64,000 bases of DNA from Octopus vulgaris (lineage: Eukaryota): contig OX597833.1 of NCBI GenBank assembly GCA_951406725.2, positions 27,280,001-27,344,000 of the forward strand. The letters run 5' to 3'. Below, piece by piece: positions 1-12,907 of this stretch. How positions within the stretch are numbered: position 1 is the first letter of the stretch; each line of letters opens with the position of its first letter. A program made the position numbers and the translations under genes. The notes under the pieces were generated by a model. That model saw only the letters and a program-made list of their open reading frames with translations, ran no database searches and was not told the DNA's origin.

Positions 1-464
1 ATGTCCTATTTTTTCTGCTTGTTTTTCTTTTTCTTCCTTCCCCTTTCTTCAATTTCTTCTTGTGATGAATTTCCTCTTAGCAACTCTCTCTGTTTTTATT
101 CTTCTCTTTCCAGTACTTGTCTTTGCGATGCACTTAATCCTTCCATATATTTTCTTAAACACTTATTTATTCTCCTGGTCGCGCATCAATATTTATTTTT
201 CTTGCAACAAGAACCGTTTCCTGTTTTGAACACTTCCAATTCTTGCAGCCGCTATTTCCCTTGGTCTTTGTCGCTCTCTTTCTCTTTTTTTTTCTCTTCC
301 GTGCTACGCTTCATTGCTGTTTGTCCTCAGTTTCTTAGATTTTGATGATTCATGAGAAAAATTTACACATATATGAATTTCATTCCGTATATAATCTGAG
401 TGATAAAAATAGGGTGCTCTTGTTAAGGGTATAGTTTCGTGTAGTATTAAAATAAAAAATAAAT

Positions 465-710
465 GCGCCCTTTTTAAAGCCTAGCCAGGCTCATGGGCCC
501 GGTTTCCCGGTTTCCGCGGCGTATGTGTTCCCCAGCTGGATGGTACGCCAGTCCATCGCAGCGTTACTCCTTTTTACCAGCTGAGTGGACTGGAGCAACG
601 TGAAATGAAGTGTTTTGGTCAAGAACACAACGCGTCGCCCGGTCCAGGAATCGAATCCACAATCTTACAATCATGATGCTGTCACCCTAACGATTAAGCG
701 ATGCGCCTCC
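465..710 (-). mobile_element. tRNA-derived SINE (family C; related copy at 60450-60752)
   Basis: The minus strand begins GGAGGCGCATCGCTTAATCGTTAGGG...GATTCGATTCC (A/B-box-like). The following body CTTGACCAAAACACTTCATTTCACGTTGCTCCAG is shared with 60526-60558. Confidence 0.7.
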
Positions 711-2579
711 ACAATGCATGTAGTATTAGGGCTGTTAAATAGTTATTGATGAAAAGCAATATTTTGTGAGCTGCGTCTTCCATTCGTAACGACTACACTA
801 ATACTGGCACTAGTTCTCGTACATTTTTATTAACCTGGAACATCAGTATTTACATATATGCAATAGTTTAATAAATAATAGCGTTTAGGAAATGCCGAAT
901 GGAATAAGAACAAGTTCGACCAGGCTATATGGCGGGAAGATTAACCGAGCGAGCCATATTCACGTCGGTGATGGTGCTTTTTAGGGCATAATAAGCCTTA
1001 TCTTTTATGGAGGTTCGTCCGTCTTCACATTTTTTTTGCATAACAAGCCTTACCTTTTATGGCAGTATGTTAGGCCACAGTCCTGAGCGGAGGAGCCTGA
1101 GTACGATGGCTCGAAACTTCTGGTCATTTCATCGTGTTGAACCGTTAACCCCTACACATTTTTCTAGGCTCGAAACATCAAAGACTTTTACATTCCTCCC
1201 GAGAATTAAAATAATACACCTGCTTGTTGTTATTATATATTCGTTACGTGCAACGGAAATAGTATTGGCTTAGAATAGCATTCTGTATATCTTACTTAAC
1301 GTGGATATGCAATAAGAAAGCTACAATATAGCAGCACAACGGTATTCGTCTTCAGAAAGCATCTCATATTGACGTATAGTGTGAAAAAGCACATAAATAA
1401 CAGTGGCAGACGAAACTTTTACAGCAAGGGCGTTGGAATTGCTAAATCCGGGATTTCTGCATATTTGTGCGTCATCGGTAGCAATTATGCACTATTACTG
1501 CATGCTTAGACAAATTTCGCCTCTACTGATATATGTGCGTAGGGGTTGGAATGGGGTTGTATTTTTGTAGTAGTTGCTGAATATTTCTTTTCACATTCAA
1601 TCTACTATTTTCGCAATACTATGATTTTTCCGGCAAACTAATGTAAATTCCATTGATCCACCTACACATGTGGATTCTTACAAACAAAGAGTCCCTTTCT
1701 TAATAATGAAGATAAGACAGTGGAACAATAGATCTTACGTCATATTGCTTGAAGTGACAAGCTGTAGTGAAGCAAGATGTGATGCAAGTACGAAAATCTA
1801 ACTAAAGATTTTTAAACAAGGATATACCGCATAAAGTGAATATATGTGGATATAATGCATGCTTACAAACAGCAATTTTGTGTTGTACTCTCCTGAGTAT
1901 GATACCCGAACACAAATTCATGCATTCAAAATCTACGGAGTTTTATTTCGATGTAGTCACTCGTCTTGTTAGAAATAAAAGTAAAATTGAACTGAAAAAG
2001 CACTTGCCACTATAAATAGTTAGGAACACGTTGTTACATATTTCGCTATACTTCGCAATATATATAAAAAAGCAATGAGGAATAGCCATTGATAGAATGC
2101 CTTTTGTCCTAGATCTTATTCATCAGAGCTAACTAAAGGCTAAATGTGAAAAACACACATCAATTTCGCATTATATTATTAATACAATATACATATTGTA
2201 TTAATATATGCTTGTTGGTGAGAGAGAGTGTGTGTGTATGTGTGTGTGAGTGTATTTTAGTCTTCTTTAATTATACACACACACACGTACACACATATAC
2301 ATCGGCGATAAAAGAATATACCTAATTATAGATGCACAATGTATATATGCTGTTACGTTTAAACACTCAAAATGATGGAAGATGGAAGTGGTAACTTCTG
2401 TTATCATTTAATAAGAATATTTCTTGTTTCTTCAACTACAGAACCGCTATTATTTTTTACTGAAGTTTTCTGAAATCTTTGATGATGGAACTACTAACCA
2501 ATATTATCTTTCACTGGGAATGTTCCTTAATTCTTCAATGTTAACTGCTATCTTTTATTAAGGATATTTTTTAATTCTT

Positions 2580-2674
2580 TCTCTCCGAAGACGGTCTAGT
2601 TGACTTATTTGGAAATCTTTATTCAATGACATATGCTTCGGATGCTCAGCTATTCTAGAAACAGTTGTTAGAGA
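2580..2674 (+). ncRNA. Variant type I hammerhead ribozyme motif with long stem II (U4C core variant)
   Basis: Stem I TCTCT 2580-2584 / AGAGA 2670-2674; core CCGAAGA 2585-2591; stem II includes TAGTTGA/TCAGCTA; GAAA 2658-2661; short stem III C-AGTT-G; GTT triplet. The base of stem II is mismatched. Confidence 0.45.
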
Positions 2675-3359
2675 CATTATTCCTTATTTCTTAATCCCTT
2701 GTTTCCTCTAACAACTCTGCAATTATGTTTGAATTATAAAATTACACGCTCTAAAGTGATACCACATTCTATTCTTGTTCATACTTTCTATACATATCTA
2801 CCTGCTCAAAGATGAACCACTTACAGCCCTCTTTGATAGGCAGCTACAACTCCACCTTTGTTTTAATTGCAGTTCAAGTCAGAGTTTTAGTGGTAAACCA
2901 ACTTGGGTACTTAAAGTACACACCTATTACATTACGTCATTAGACGGAATTTTTTGCCCGTACTCTACATTGACTCACACGCAGATGTGTTGGATCCTCT
3001 GTCTATTTTCACAACGATCATTTTATTATTATTATTTTTTTCCTTTTGTTCTATCAGCTGATCTCTTTACCTACTAATTTAACATCTGAATATTCTGCGG
3101 ACAGGTAGATCATTCGTTTCGCTAAATTCCCATCTAGATATGTGTCACAACATGTGACAACACTAGACTTTAAAATAAAGTGCGCTTACATATAGTTTCT
3201 CTCTACACATTTTGGTTCGTCCGAGGCAATGTTAAAAGACGCTTGCCAGCGAAACTTTATTGTAAAACCGAAAGAGAAACGTAATGATTGCGATTCAAAC
3301 TTTTTAATCGTTTAACAATGAATGTTTGCATCAACGACGAACGCAGGCAACTTTGACGA

Positions 3360-3466
<107 letters not shown>

Positions 3467-3743
3467 CTTTGTGTGTGGTAGACAATATGTATCACACATT
3501 TGAATTTTCCTGTGAGTCTATTTTGTTTAAGCCATTCCCCTCAAGACGTTAAGTGCCACACGTAGCTACGGTGGTTCATTGCGTAACTTTACACAACAGA
3601 TAGTAACAGGTCGTGGCGTTTAATATGTTAATGTGCTCTATAGTGAGTATACAATAACCGCACCTGAGTCACATACATTGTATTATTGTTATTGTTGTAG
3701 ACTTAACTATATGAATACCGATTTCACATAGCATTATATGTGT

Positions 3744-3793
<50 letters not shown>

Positions 3794-3949
3794 GTGGTGG
3801 GGCGTGTGAGGAACAGAGTTTATGGTTATGAAACATGCACATAAACACACATCTATGTACATCTGCGTACACAACTTATACATATACGCACTACCTTTGT
3901 GCGTGTATGCATATGTGTGTGAGTGTGTATGTATATATATACATATATA

Positions 3950-4025
3950 CAGGGTGTCCAAGAAGTCCCTTTACAAATAAGTTTTAAAAGTATGGAAGTT
4001 GCAAAGATAATTTATGGACACCTTG
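3950..4025. mobile_element. 76-bp Tc1/mariner-type MITE
   Basis: TIRs CAGGGTGTCCA / TGGACACCTTG (10/11 match), flanked by TA on both sides. Confidence 0.6.
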
Positions 4026-4035
4026 TATATACATA

Positions 4036-4917
4036 TAGGGTGCAATGAGTAAATTGTCGTCATTCTATATTTTTAATTTTGCGCATGCGCTTTCTTTGTT
4101 TTAGATTTTGTCGGCTACACAATATAGTAGGGTCAGTTGGACACCATCTGTGATAAAAACAGCATCATGACTCAATTTACTCAGCCACAAATTTGGAAAC
4201 GACATACTGTACTGCTGGGCATTCGCTCCGGAAGCTCCAATACGAACAGATGGTGAACACACAGAACAACCGTTGGCTTGAGTGTCCCCAAAACATGTAC
4301 AGAGAGCGATAAAAATCAAACATTCAGTCAACCTCAGGGTGCTTAGAGTGATCACTAGTGATGGCGACGTTACGCCTCCATTCATCTTCCCACACGGCCT
4401 CAGACTTAACATAGAGACATACATCAAGCTCCTAGAGAAGGTAGTGCTACCCTGGGTCAAGAAGGTGGCTACTGGAAGGCCATATGTCTGGCAACAGGAC
4501 TCTGCACCCTGCTACACAAGCAGGAGAGCCCAGTCATGGCTGTTAGACAATCTCTGCGACTACATCACCCCTAACATCTGGATACCTAACTTTCCAAACT
4601 GCAACCCCCTTGATTATTATGTGTGGGGCGCAGTTGAGCGAGAGATCAACAAAATTCCTTGTAACACCAAAGATGAATTGAAAGAAAGGATTACGGCAGC
4701 ATTCACCAGCTTAAACAAGGAGACCATCCAGAAGAGTTGCAGGAGATTCCGAAGTCGTCTGGAGACCGTAGTTGAAGCCGATGGCGATTTTATTGAAAAT
4801 ATTTACTCTTTAGTATTTCAAGATATTTTGATGCAATTTTGGTAAACATATCTGTTAACATGATTATTGAAATATTATTGCGTTACCCACGATAATTTAT
4901 TTATTCACCGCACCCTG
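4036..4917 (+). mobile_element. Internally deleted Tc1/mariner superfamily DD37D (maT-like) transposon
   Basis: Degenerate TIRs AGGGTGCAATGAGTAAATTGTCG ... CGATAATTTATTTATTCACCGCACCCTG enclose a transposase C-terminal ORF. Confidence 0.8.
4282..4845 (+). pseudogene. Transposase C-terminal fragment, DD37D spacing
   Basis: Motif WQQD-SAPCY...PNCNPL-DYYVWG, with 37 residues counted between the 2nd and 3rd Asp. The N-terminal HTH and first Asp are missing. Confidence 0.85.
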
Positions 4918-5046
4918 TGTATATATATATATATATATACATATACTTAAATATATATATATATACTTATATATATAGATATACTTATATATAGATATAC
5001 TTTATATATGGAGATATATACTTATATATATGCATATATATATACT

Positions 5047-5162
<116 letters not shown>

Positions 5163-5619
5163 TTCAATTGTATGTTGTCTGGGTCATTGCCATTGCACTA
5201 GTTGCACATCTTAGTTATTACAAAATGATTGTATCTGGGTCGATCACATATTATTATTGAGTTATCTATGAGAATACCGGTCTATCCACACATACTGATG
5301 TGTGCGTGTGTGTGTATTCACGCTGTAGAAAATGCTTAGCATCTTTTATATTTTATCTTTTATTTTTTTTTCAGTCATTAGTCTGCGGCCATTCTGGGGT
5401 ATAGCCTTGAAGAATTTTAGTCGAAGAACTCGACGTCAATACGCACATACATACATACATACATACATACATACATACATACATACATACATACATACCG
5501 ACACACACTGCGCGCTTCTTTCAGTTTCCCTCTGCCAAAGCTTTGGTCGATCCGAGGCTATAGTTGAAGACACATCCCCAAGGTAACACACAGTGAGACT
5601 GAACCCGGTCGTGGTTGTG

Positions 5620-5672
5620 TATAGTAGTAGTAGTAGTAGTAGTTGTTGTTGTTGTGGCAGCAGCAATAGCAT

Positions 5673-5724
<52 letters not shown>

Positions 5725-5812
5725 TGTGGCAGCAGCAATAGCATTAGTTGTAGTAGTAGTTGTAGTAGTAGTAGTTGTAGTAGTAGTAGTTGTAGTAGTG
5801 GTAGTAGTAGTT

Positions 5813-5858
<46 letters not shown>

Positions 5859-5885
5859 CGGCAGCAGCAGTAGCATTAGTTGCAC

Positions 5886-5940
<55 letters not shown>

Positions 5941-6014
5941 GGCAGCAGCAATAGCATTAGTTGTAGTAGTAGTAGTAGCGGCAGCAGCAGTAGCATTAGT
6001 TGTACAAGTAGTAA

Positions 6015-6063
<49 letters not shown>
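5620..6063. repeat. Compound (TAG)n array with recurring GGCAGCAGCARTAGCATTAGT units
   Basis: Direct reading: the unit recurs at about 5656, 5728, 5859, 5941 and 5980. Confidence 0.95.
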
Positions 6064-6064
<1 letters not shown>

Positions 6065-6099
6065 CGCTTTTATCTTTATTACTCTCTCCATTACAGTAA

Positions 6100-6935
6100 C
6101 TATCATTCCTATGATTACCATCATCGTTATCATCATCATCCTCATCGTCATTGTCAATATTCTTATCATTATCATTCTAACCATTACCACCAACATCATC
6201 ATCACCACCCAGCCTCGCCACTCAACCTAGCTCTTCTGACCGTGACCACAATCAATATCAGCAATACGATCACCACAATAAATACCATCCTCACAGCAGC
6301 ACTACCATTATGGCTACTACTACCACAACCACCACCATCGTAGCTAACACTACTGTTAATACCATCTCAAACATGACCACCCCCCACAACAATCACAGAC
6401 TCTATATAACCATCAATACAGAAACAACCATCAACGCCACTACGTGTCCGACAACCACCACCAACACCACCATAACTACCACCGCCACACCACCACTACT
6501 ACCACAACCACCACCACCACCACCATTACTAACACCACCACCACAACTACAACCACCACCTCGATCGCTACAACCACCCCTACCACCACTATCACCACCA
6601 TGACCGCCATTATTAATATCCACAATGGTTATCACTACCACCACCACCACCATCACCACAACTACAATCACCATCAACACAACCAACACCAATACCACCA
6701 CCAACAACACTACCACCAACACCACCACCACAACTACAACCACCACCTCCATCACTACAACCGCCACCACCACCATGACCGCCATTATTAACATTCACAA
6801 TGGTTATCATTACCACCAACAACAACAACAACACTATTACACAAACGGTATGACTAGAAACACAACATTCACAACCACCAATACTAGCACCAACACAATA
6901 GCAACAACCATAACAACTGGCAAAACCACTACAAT
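6100..6935. repeat. Degenerate (CAC/CAT/CAA)n low-complexity tract with a ~177-bp internal duplication
   Basis: ACCACCATGACCGCCATTATTAAYATYCACAATGGTTATCAYTACCACC occurs at about 6594 and 6771. Confidence 0.9.
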
Positions 6936-7256
6936 ACCCTTCCTTACACACACACGCGCGCGCGCGCACACACACACAAAACGCTCTATTATAACTAATT
7001 CATGTACATACATGTCTTCTTGCTTTGCAGTTTGTCCAGTTTCTGTGTCGGCAATCTGATAAAAACCCGTTCACGGTGACATTAATTGACAGGTAGACAC
7101 ACGCTAATATTGATAAACCCCCATCGATTTCGACGGCCGATAACTTTCAATGTTGCATTGATTTAACATTGAAAATTATGGCAAAAGTCACATCAACCCT
7201 TGTCACGTCACCCATCATGAATCTTGCCGTCTTTTACTCATTATAAGCATAACTGA

Positions 7257-7299
<43 letters not shown>

Positions 7300-7300
<1 letters not shown>

Positions 7301-7510
7301 AGGCAGAAATGGGCAGATCCGTTAGAACGCCGGACAAAATGCTTAGCAGCATTTCATCCGTCTTTATGTTTTGGTTTCAAATTCTGCCGAGGTCAACATT
7401 ACCTTCCATCCTTTCGGAATCGATAAAATAAGTACCAGTTGTGTACTGGGGTCGATTTAATCGACTATCCCCACCCCAAATTTCAGGCTTTGTACCTATA
7501 GTAGAAATGA
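7300..7510 (+). mobile_element. tRNA-derived SINE with MetaSINE-like core (family A)
   Basis: GGCAGA..CGTTAG head, GTTTCAAATTC B-box, and core CCTTCCATCCTTTCGGAATCGATAAAATAAGTACCAG. Many copies in the window. Confidence 0.8.
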
Positions 7511-7667
7511 TTGTTTTTGCTGTTGTTCTTGTTGTTATTGTTGTTGTTGTTGTTGTTGTTGTTGTTCTTCTTCTTCTTCTTCTTCTTCTTCTTCTTCTTC
7601 TTCTTCTTCTTCTTCTTCTTCTTCTTCTTCTTCTTCTTCTTCTTCTTCTTCTTCTTCTTCTTCTTCT

Positions 7668-8009
7668 AGATTTGACTCCGGTTCATTTTTATTCCTAACA
7701 GAGTTTATGTAGATTGGAGACCACTACCTGTAACATTAGGCATTCACAGGCTTTCAGTAGTCTTCGAAGTCCTTAAAACTTTCCTTGTAATCTTTCTTGT
7801 CTCTAAGAGACAAACTTTCTGTAGAAGCTCTACGGGACATTCAATTCCAATCTCCTTCAACCATTATCTATATCAATACTCACTGTTCCTAATACACCAA
7901 TTATTACAGGCACAACCTTTACATTTTTCATACTCCAAATTCTTGCAATTACAAATTTTAATGGATTGTACTCCTTTAATTTTTCATCCTTTTTCTTTAC
8001 AATTCTGGA

Positions 8010-8010
<1 letters not shown>
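7668..8010 (-). mobile_element. RLE non-LTR retrotransposon 3' fragment (R4/Dong-like)
   Basis: ORF 7857-8105 contains KDEKLKEY...ARIWSMKNVKVVPVIIGVLGTV, the RLE C-terminus. Bordered by (TAA)n. Confidence 0.75.
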
Positions 8011-8089
<79 letters not shown>

Positions 8090-8091
8090 CA

Positions 8092-9405
8092 TCTTGCCTT
8101 TGCACAGCTTCTAACGCTCAGCTGTTCACTACCAGTGAACTAAGGTAACTCCCCTTATTTTTCGAGCACCATCCGGAGTATTCAAGCGGTTCCAAGCAGT
8201 GCTGTTTTCTGCAAGTGCTTTTCCCTTATTATAGCCTCTATTTGTTCCATGTACTTCTCAAGATTTTTACTCACTGTTCCCAGGGCTCCGACAATTGTTG
8301 GTACTATTACCACCTTTCTCTGTGACCACAACTGCTTAACCTCCTGAGCTAACCTGTCATATCTATTGACTTTTATTTCTTCCTTATCGCATACCTTGTT
8401 GTCAGCTGGGTATACTATATCTATGATCCAGCATCGTTTGCTCTCTTTCTCATTTAACACTATGTCCGGTTTCCTATTCTCTTTCTCATAGTCGCACTGA
8501 ATCATAAAATTCCGTTTGATCTTTGCATTATCATTTTCGATGATGGCCTTCGAGTTTATGTTCGTACCACTTTTTACTCTGTCAAGTCCATACCTGTTGC
8601 AAAGTGTCCAATGGACAATCCTTGCTATGTTGTCATGGTGTCTCTTATATTCTTTCTGGGCTAGTGGCGTACATTGACAGGTAATATGCCATACGGTTTA
8701 ATCATTTTGTCCACAAATTCTGCTCTTATCACTTTCTGATATGTTATCGATTCTGTACTTGATTTAATTGGTTCTTAACGCTTGCTCTTCGGCAGCACAG
8801 ATTAGAGACTCTGTTTCCGATTTTAAATCACTTTTAGTCATCCATAGCCATCTTTTTCTTCTGTGTCTTATCTTTAACATCTCGATGAAATTGTCCTCCA
8901 TTCTTTTCTTTATCCACCTATTTTCAATTTCATTCATTCCCAGGTGCTTGTACAGTGTTTTATCTTTGCAATCTTCCATCCTGCACAAGCCTGACCTTAC
9001 TTCCAATAATATTGGTTCTGTGGCATTTTTTACATGCCATACTATGTTGTTGTTTTTCTGTTCTAATGTTGTGTTTGCATCCAATCAGTCCTCTTACCTC
9101 TTTTTCTTGGTACATACAGTCTGTCCATGTCAATTTGGGGGTGGTGTATCCTATATCAAGTCAGCAACTTCCTTGTCTTTCTGTCTATGCTGTTTAGTTC
9201 GTCTACTGTCCATGCGATTACCCCTGCTCCATATATAAGGAGTGAAACGACCCAGGTTTTGATAGCTTTAATCTTATTCCGTCCGTTTAATTTCGACTTA
9301 AAGATCAGTCTCAGTCTGCTCAAGTGCTCCACCTTAAATTTTTCTGTCATTTCTTTCTCCATCAATTTATCCATTTCCAATATCCCCAAGTACTTATAGC
9401 CCGTC
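8092..9405 (-). mobile_element. Decayed R4/Dong-like LINE 3' half (RT thumb, zinc knuckle, RLE)
   Basis: YKYLGI, KLNGRNKIKAI, LKSETESLICAAEEQALRTN, KPDIVL...IIDI..P.D, VVIVPTIVGALG. Flanked by (TAA)n. Confidence 0.9.
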
Positions 9406-9437
9406 TACATATTTAATTTTGCCTCTCTATCATTATT

Positions 9438-9503
<66 letters not shown>

Positions 9504-9504
9504 T

Positions 9505-10180
9505 TTTTTTTCTTCTTTCAAATTTTCTTCCATTTCTTGCCGAGTGTCTTCCCGACTCCTAGGGCAAAGAAACTCATAGTGTATATTGGTAGGCCATTAA
9601 ACCAAACTCAGTAGTTCGTTAATTTTTTTTTTTTTTTTTTAAGTTAAATTAAAATGCATGAGCAGCAACAGTTCTCACATCGACAATGCTCTTCTCAATA
9701 CGTGTGATGTACCAGTTAAGACAATCTTTTGCACTTCTTGCAGGGATGGTAAGCCAGGGATCATTTCTAAAGATATCCCTCCTCACATTTGCTAATTTGT
9801 TCTCGTCCAAATAGGGCCTACTGTCTTGATTCCGTGTTCTCCATATACTGTAAGAGTTTGCGGTGTGTCTCTCTTGAGATGGCCTACCTAATGCATAGTA
9901 ATAAGCGTATATTACTTCTTTATACTCTTCTCGGGTCCATTTGTTCCGCTTACATTTTTCTTTCTGTGGTGGTTGTGGTGGTGAACTTGGAGGGCTCGAG
10001 TTGGGGGATTTCCCGTTCAAGTGACCATCCATGTCCGTATTCGGAGAAGAGTTTGTGCCAGTTGATGACTTTTCGATCCCAGGCTGGCTCTTCCCTGGGG
10101 GACGCGCTTCCAGATTAACCATAGGACAAGCGATTTGGTATACTGATTTAGTTTTCCTTTTAGTTTCCAAAAACATTTTG
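9505..10180 (-). mobile_element. Internally deleted R4/Dong-like element (N-terminal region fused to extreme C-terminus and 3' UTR)
   Basis: KRNKWTREEYKEVIYAYY...LANVRRDI (N-terminal Myb-like region) is joined at about 9770 to IPGLPSLQEVQKIVLTGTSHVLRRALSM*. The 3' UTR resembles 47092-47170. Confidence 0.7.
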
Positions 10181-10430
10181 GTGCTACGATAATGTTATCA
10201 TTTTTTTAGCTTTGATTGGCTCGTGGGGAGACGGCCATCATTGCCGTTACAATTATAATCGTACCATTATAGCAGCCGTAGTCGGCTTATTATTGTTATT
10301 ATCATCACCATTACCATCACTATCATCATTATCACCACCATTACCATCATCATTATCATCATCACCATCACCATCACCACCATTTATCATCATTATTATT
10401 ATTATTATTATCATTATAATTATCATTATA

Positions 10431-10519
<89 letters not shown>

Positions 10520-10538
10520 CATTATTATTATTATTATT

Positions 10539-11209
<671 letters not shown>

Positions 11210-11325
11210 GGGGTGGATTGTCAGAGCGTCGGACAAAATTCCTGTGGTAATTGCTCCGGCTAAATCAAAACCAAATGTTGTTATTGCTATTTTCTTTGAC
11301 ACTGGCATTGTAATTCTTATTGCTA

Positions 11326-11660
11326 CGAGGGCGAATCAAAAAGTATTTAGGCCAGGTATAATTACCAACACAGGAACATGTATCATACATCAAAATGAAG
11401 CTTGTCCTCTGTGGATCAAATCCGTACTTCTCGAGGTAGTCACCGTTTCTCTCAATAGCAATGTTCCACCTTCGAATGAGAGCATGCATCCCTGCTCCAT
11501 AAAATTCTGTTGACTGTTCTTTGAGCCACTTCTTCACTACAGTTTTCACTTCCTCGTCAGTGGAATAATGTTTGCCTCTCAAACCCTCTTTCACAGGGCC
11601 GAAGAGATGATAATCTGAAGGCGCTAAATTATGTTGAGAAGTAGGGATGTGATCCACAGA
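11326..11660 (-). mobile_element. mariner transposase 3' fragment with right TIR
   Basis: NLAPSDYHLFGPVKEGLRGKHY...GMHALIRRW...NGDYLEK. TA followed by TIR-like CGAGGGCGAATCAAAAAGT at 11324-11344. Confidence 0.85.
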
Positions 11661-11938
11661 GGACCAGCTTCCTCCCATGCGGTAACTCGAAGATGTAGTC
11701 AATACACTGTGTTGTTATTTCGATTTGGATTGTTATTTCTTTAGCATTATTTTATATTGCCATTATTTTATTTAGTCCCACCCTTTTACACAATGCTAAA
11801 AATCCACCACCAAAACCTCAATTCTGTGTATGTGTGTGTGCAGATATATATGTGTACGTGTGTGTACGTATGTGTAGGTATGTCTATATGTATATATGTG
11901 TGTGTATGCATGTATGTATGTATGTATGTATGTATGTA

Positions 11939-11969
<31 letters not shown>

Positions 11970-12307
11970 TGTATGTATGTATGTATGTATGTATGTATGT
12001 ATGTATGTATGTATGTATGTGTTTGTGTTGTGGCTTCTACTATCCTGAACATTTTGGACCCTTGTGACAAATGCAAGAAGTGTCTATTATTGCTCTTTTT
12101 ATAACTGCTAAATTAAAATAAGCAGTAGCGCGTCGGCTGCGGACGAAATGCTTTGTATTTAGTAATGGCGTTTTAAATTGTGTTTAAATTTTAAATCTCT
12201 GAAGAACTTTTGGCTTTGATAATATAAGTGTACGTAACTGACTTTACCCGATCCGTTTAAACATTTGTGCTTTTTGCGCTTCTAAGTGACCATTATAATG
12301 GTGACTA

Positions 12308-12900
12308 AGGCAGCGAACTGGCAGAATCGTTAGCATGCTGGACGAAATGCTACGTTCTGAGTTCAAATTCTTCCGAGTTCTACTTTGCCTTTCATCCTTT
12401 CGGGGTCGATGAAATAAGTACCAGTTGAACACTGAGGTCGATGTAATCGACTCATCCTCACCTCCCACAATCTGCCCTTCTGGTAAAAATTTGAAATAAT
12501 TATCATAACAGTGACTGAAAGCGATGAGCTGGCAGAAACGTTAGCACGTCGGGCGAAATGCTTAGCGTTATTTCGTCTGCCGCTACGTTCTGAGTTCAAA
12601 TTCCGCCGAGGTCGACTTTGCCTTTCATCCTTTCGGGGTCGATTAAATAAGTACCAGTTACGCACTGGGGTCGATATAATCGACTTAATCCGTTTGTCTG
12701 TCCTTGTTTGTCCTCTCTGTGTTTAGCCACTTGTGAGTAGTAATGAAATAGGTATTTCGTCCGTCTTTATGTCCTCAATTCAAATTCCGCCGAGGTCGAC
12801 TTGGCCTTTCATCCTCTCGAGATCAATTGATCAATAGAATAAGTTCCTGTTCGATTATCCCCTCCCACAAATTTCAGCCCTTGTGCCTATAATAGAAAGG
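12308..12900 (+). mobile_element. Two tandem family A (MetaSINE-core) SINEs, the second with a duplicated 3' half
   Basis: Heads at about 12308 and 12520; core GTCGACTTTGCCTTTCATCCTTTCGGGGTCGAT; the core is repeated again at about 12795. Confidence 0.85.
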
Positions 12901-12907
12901 ATTATAA

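Noticed and set aside
1078-1186. Hammerhead-like GAGCC...GGCTC-GAAAC (twice) near short direct repeats at 986 and 1038
   Set aside because: No CUGAnGA correctly placed before stem II and no consistent stem I/NUH combination.
5436-7059. Long poly-Ser/Val/Leu/Thr/His ORFs (mucin-like appearance)
   Set aside because: Translations of trinucleotide microsatellites, open on both strands.
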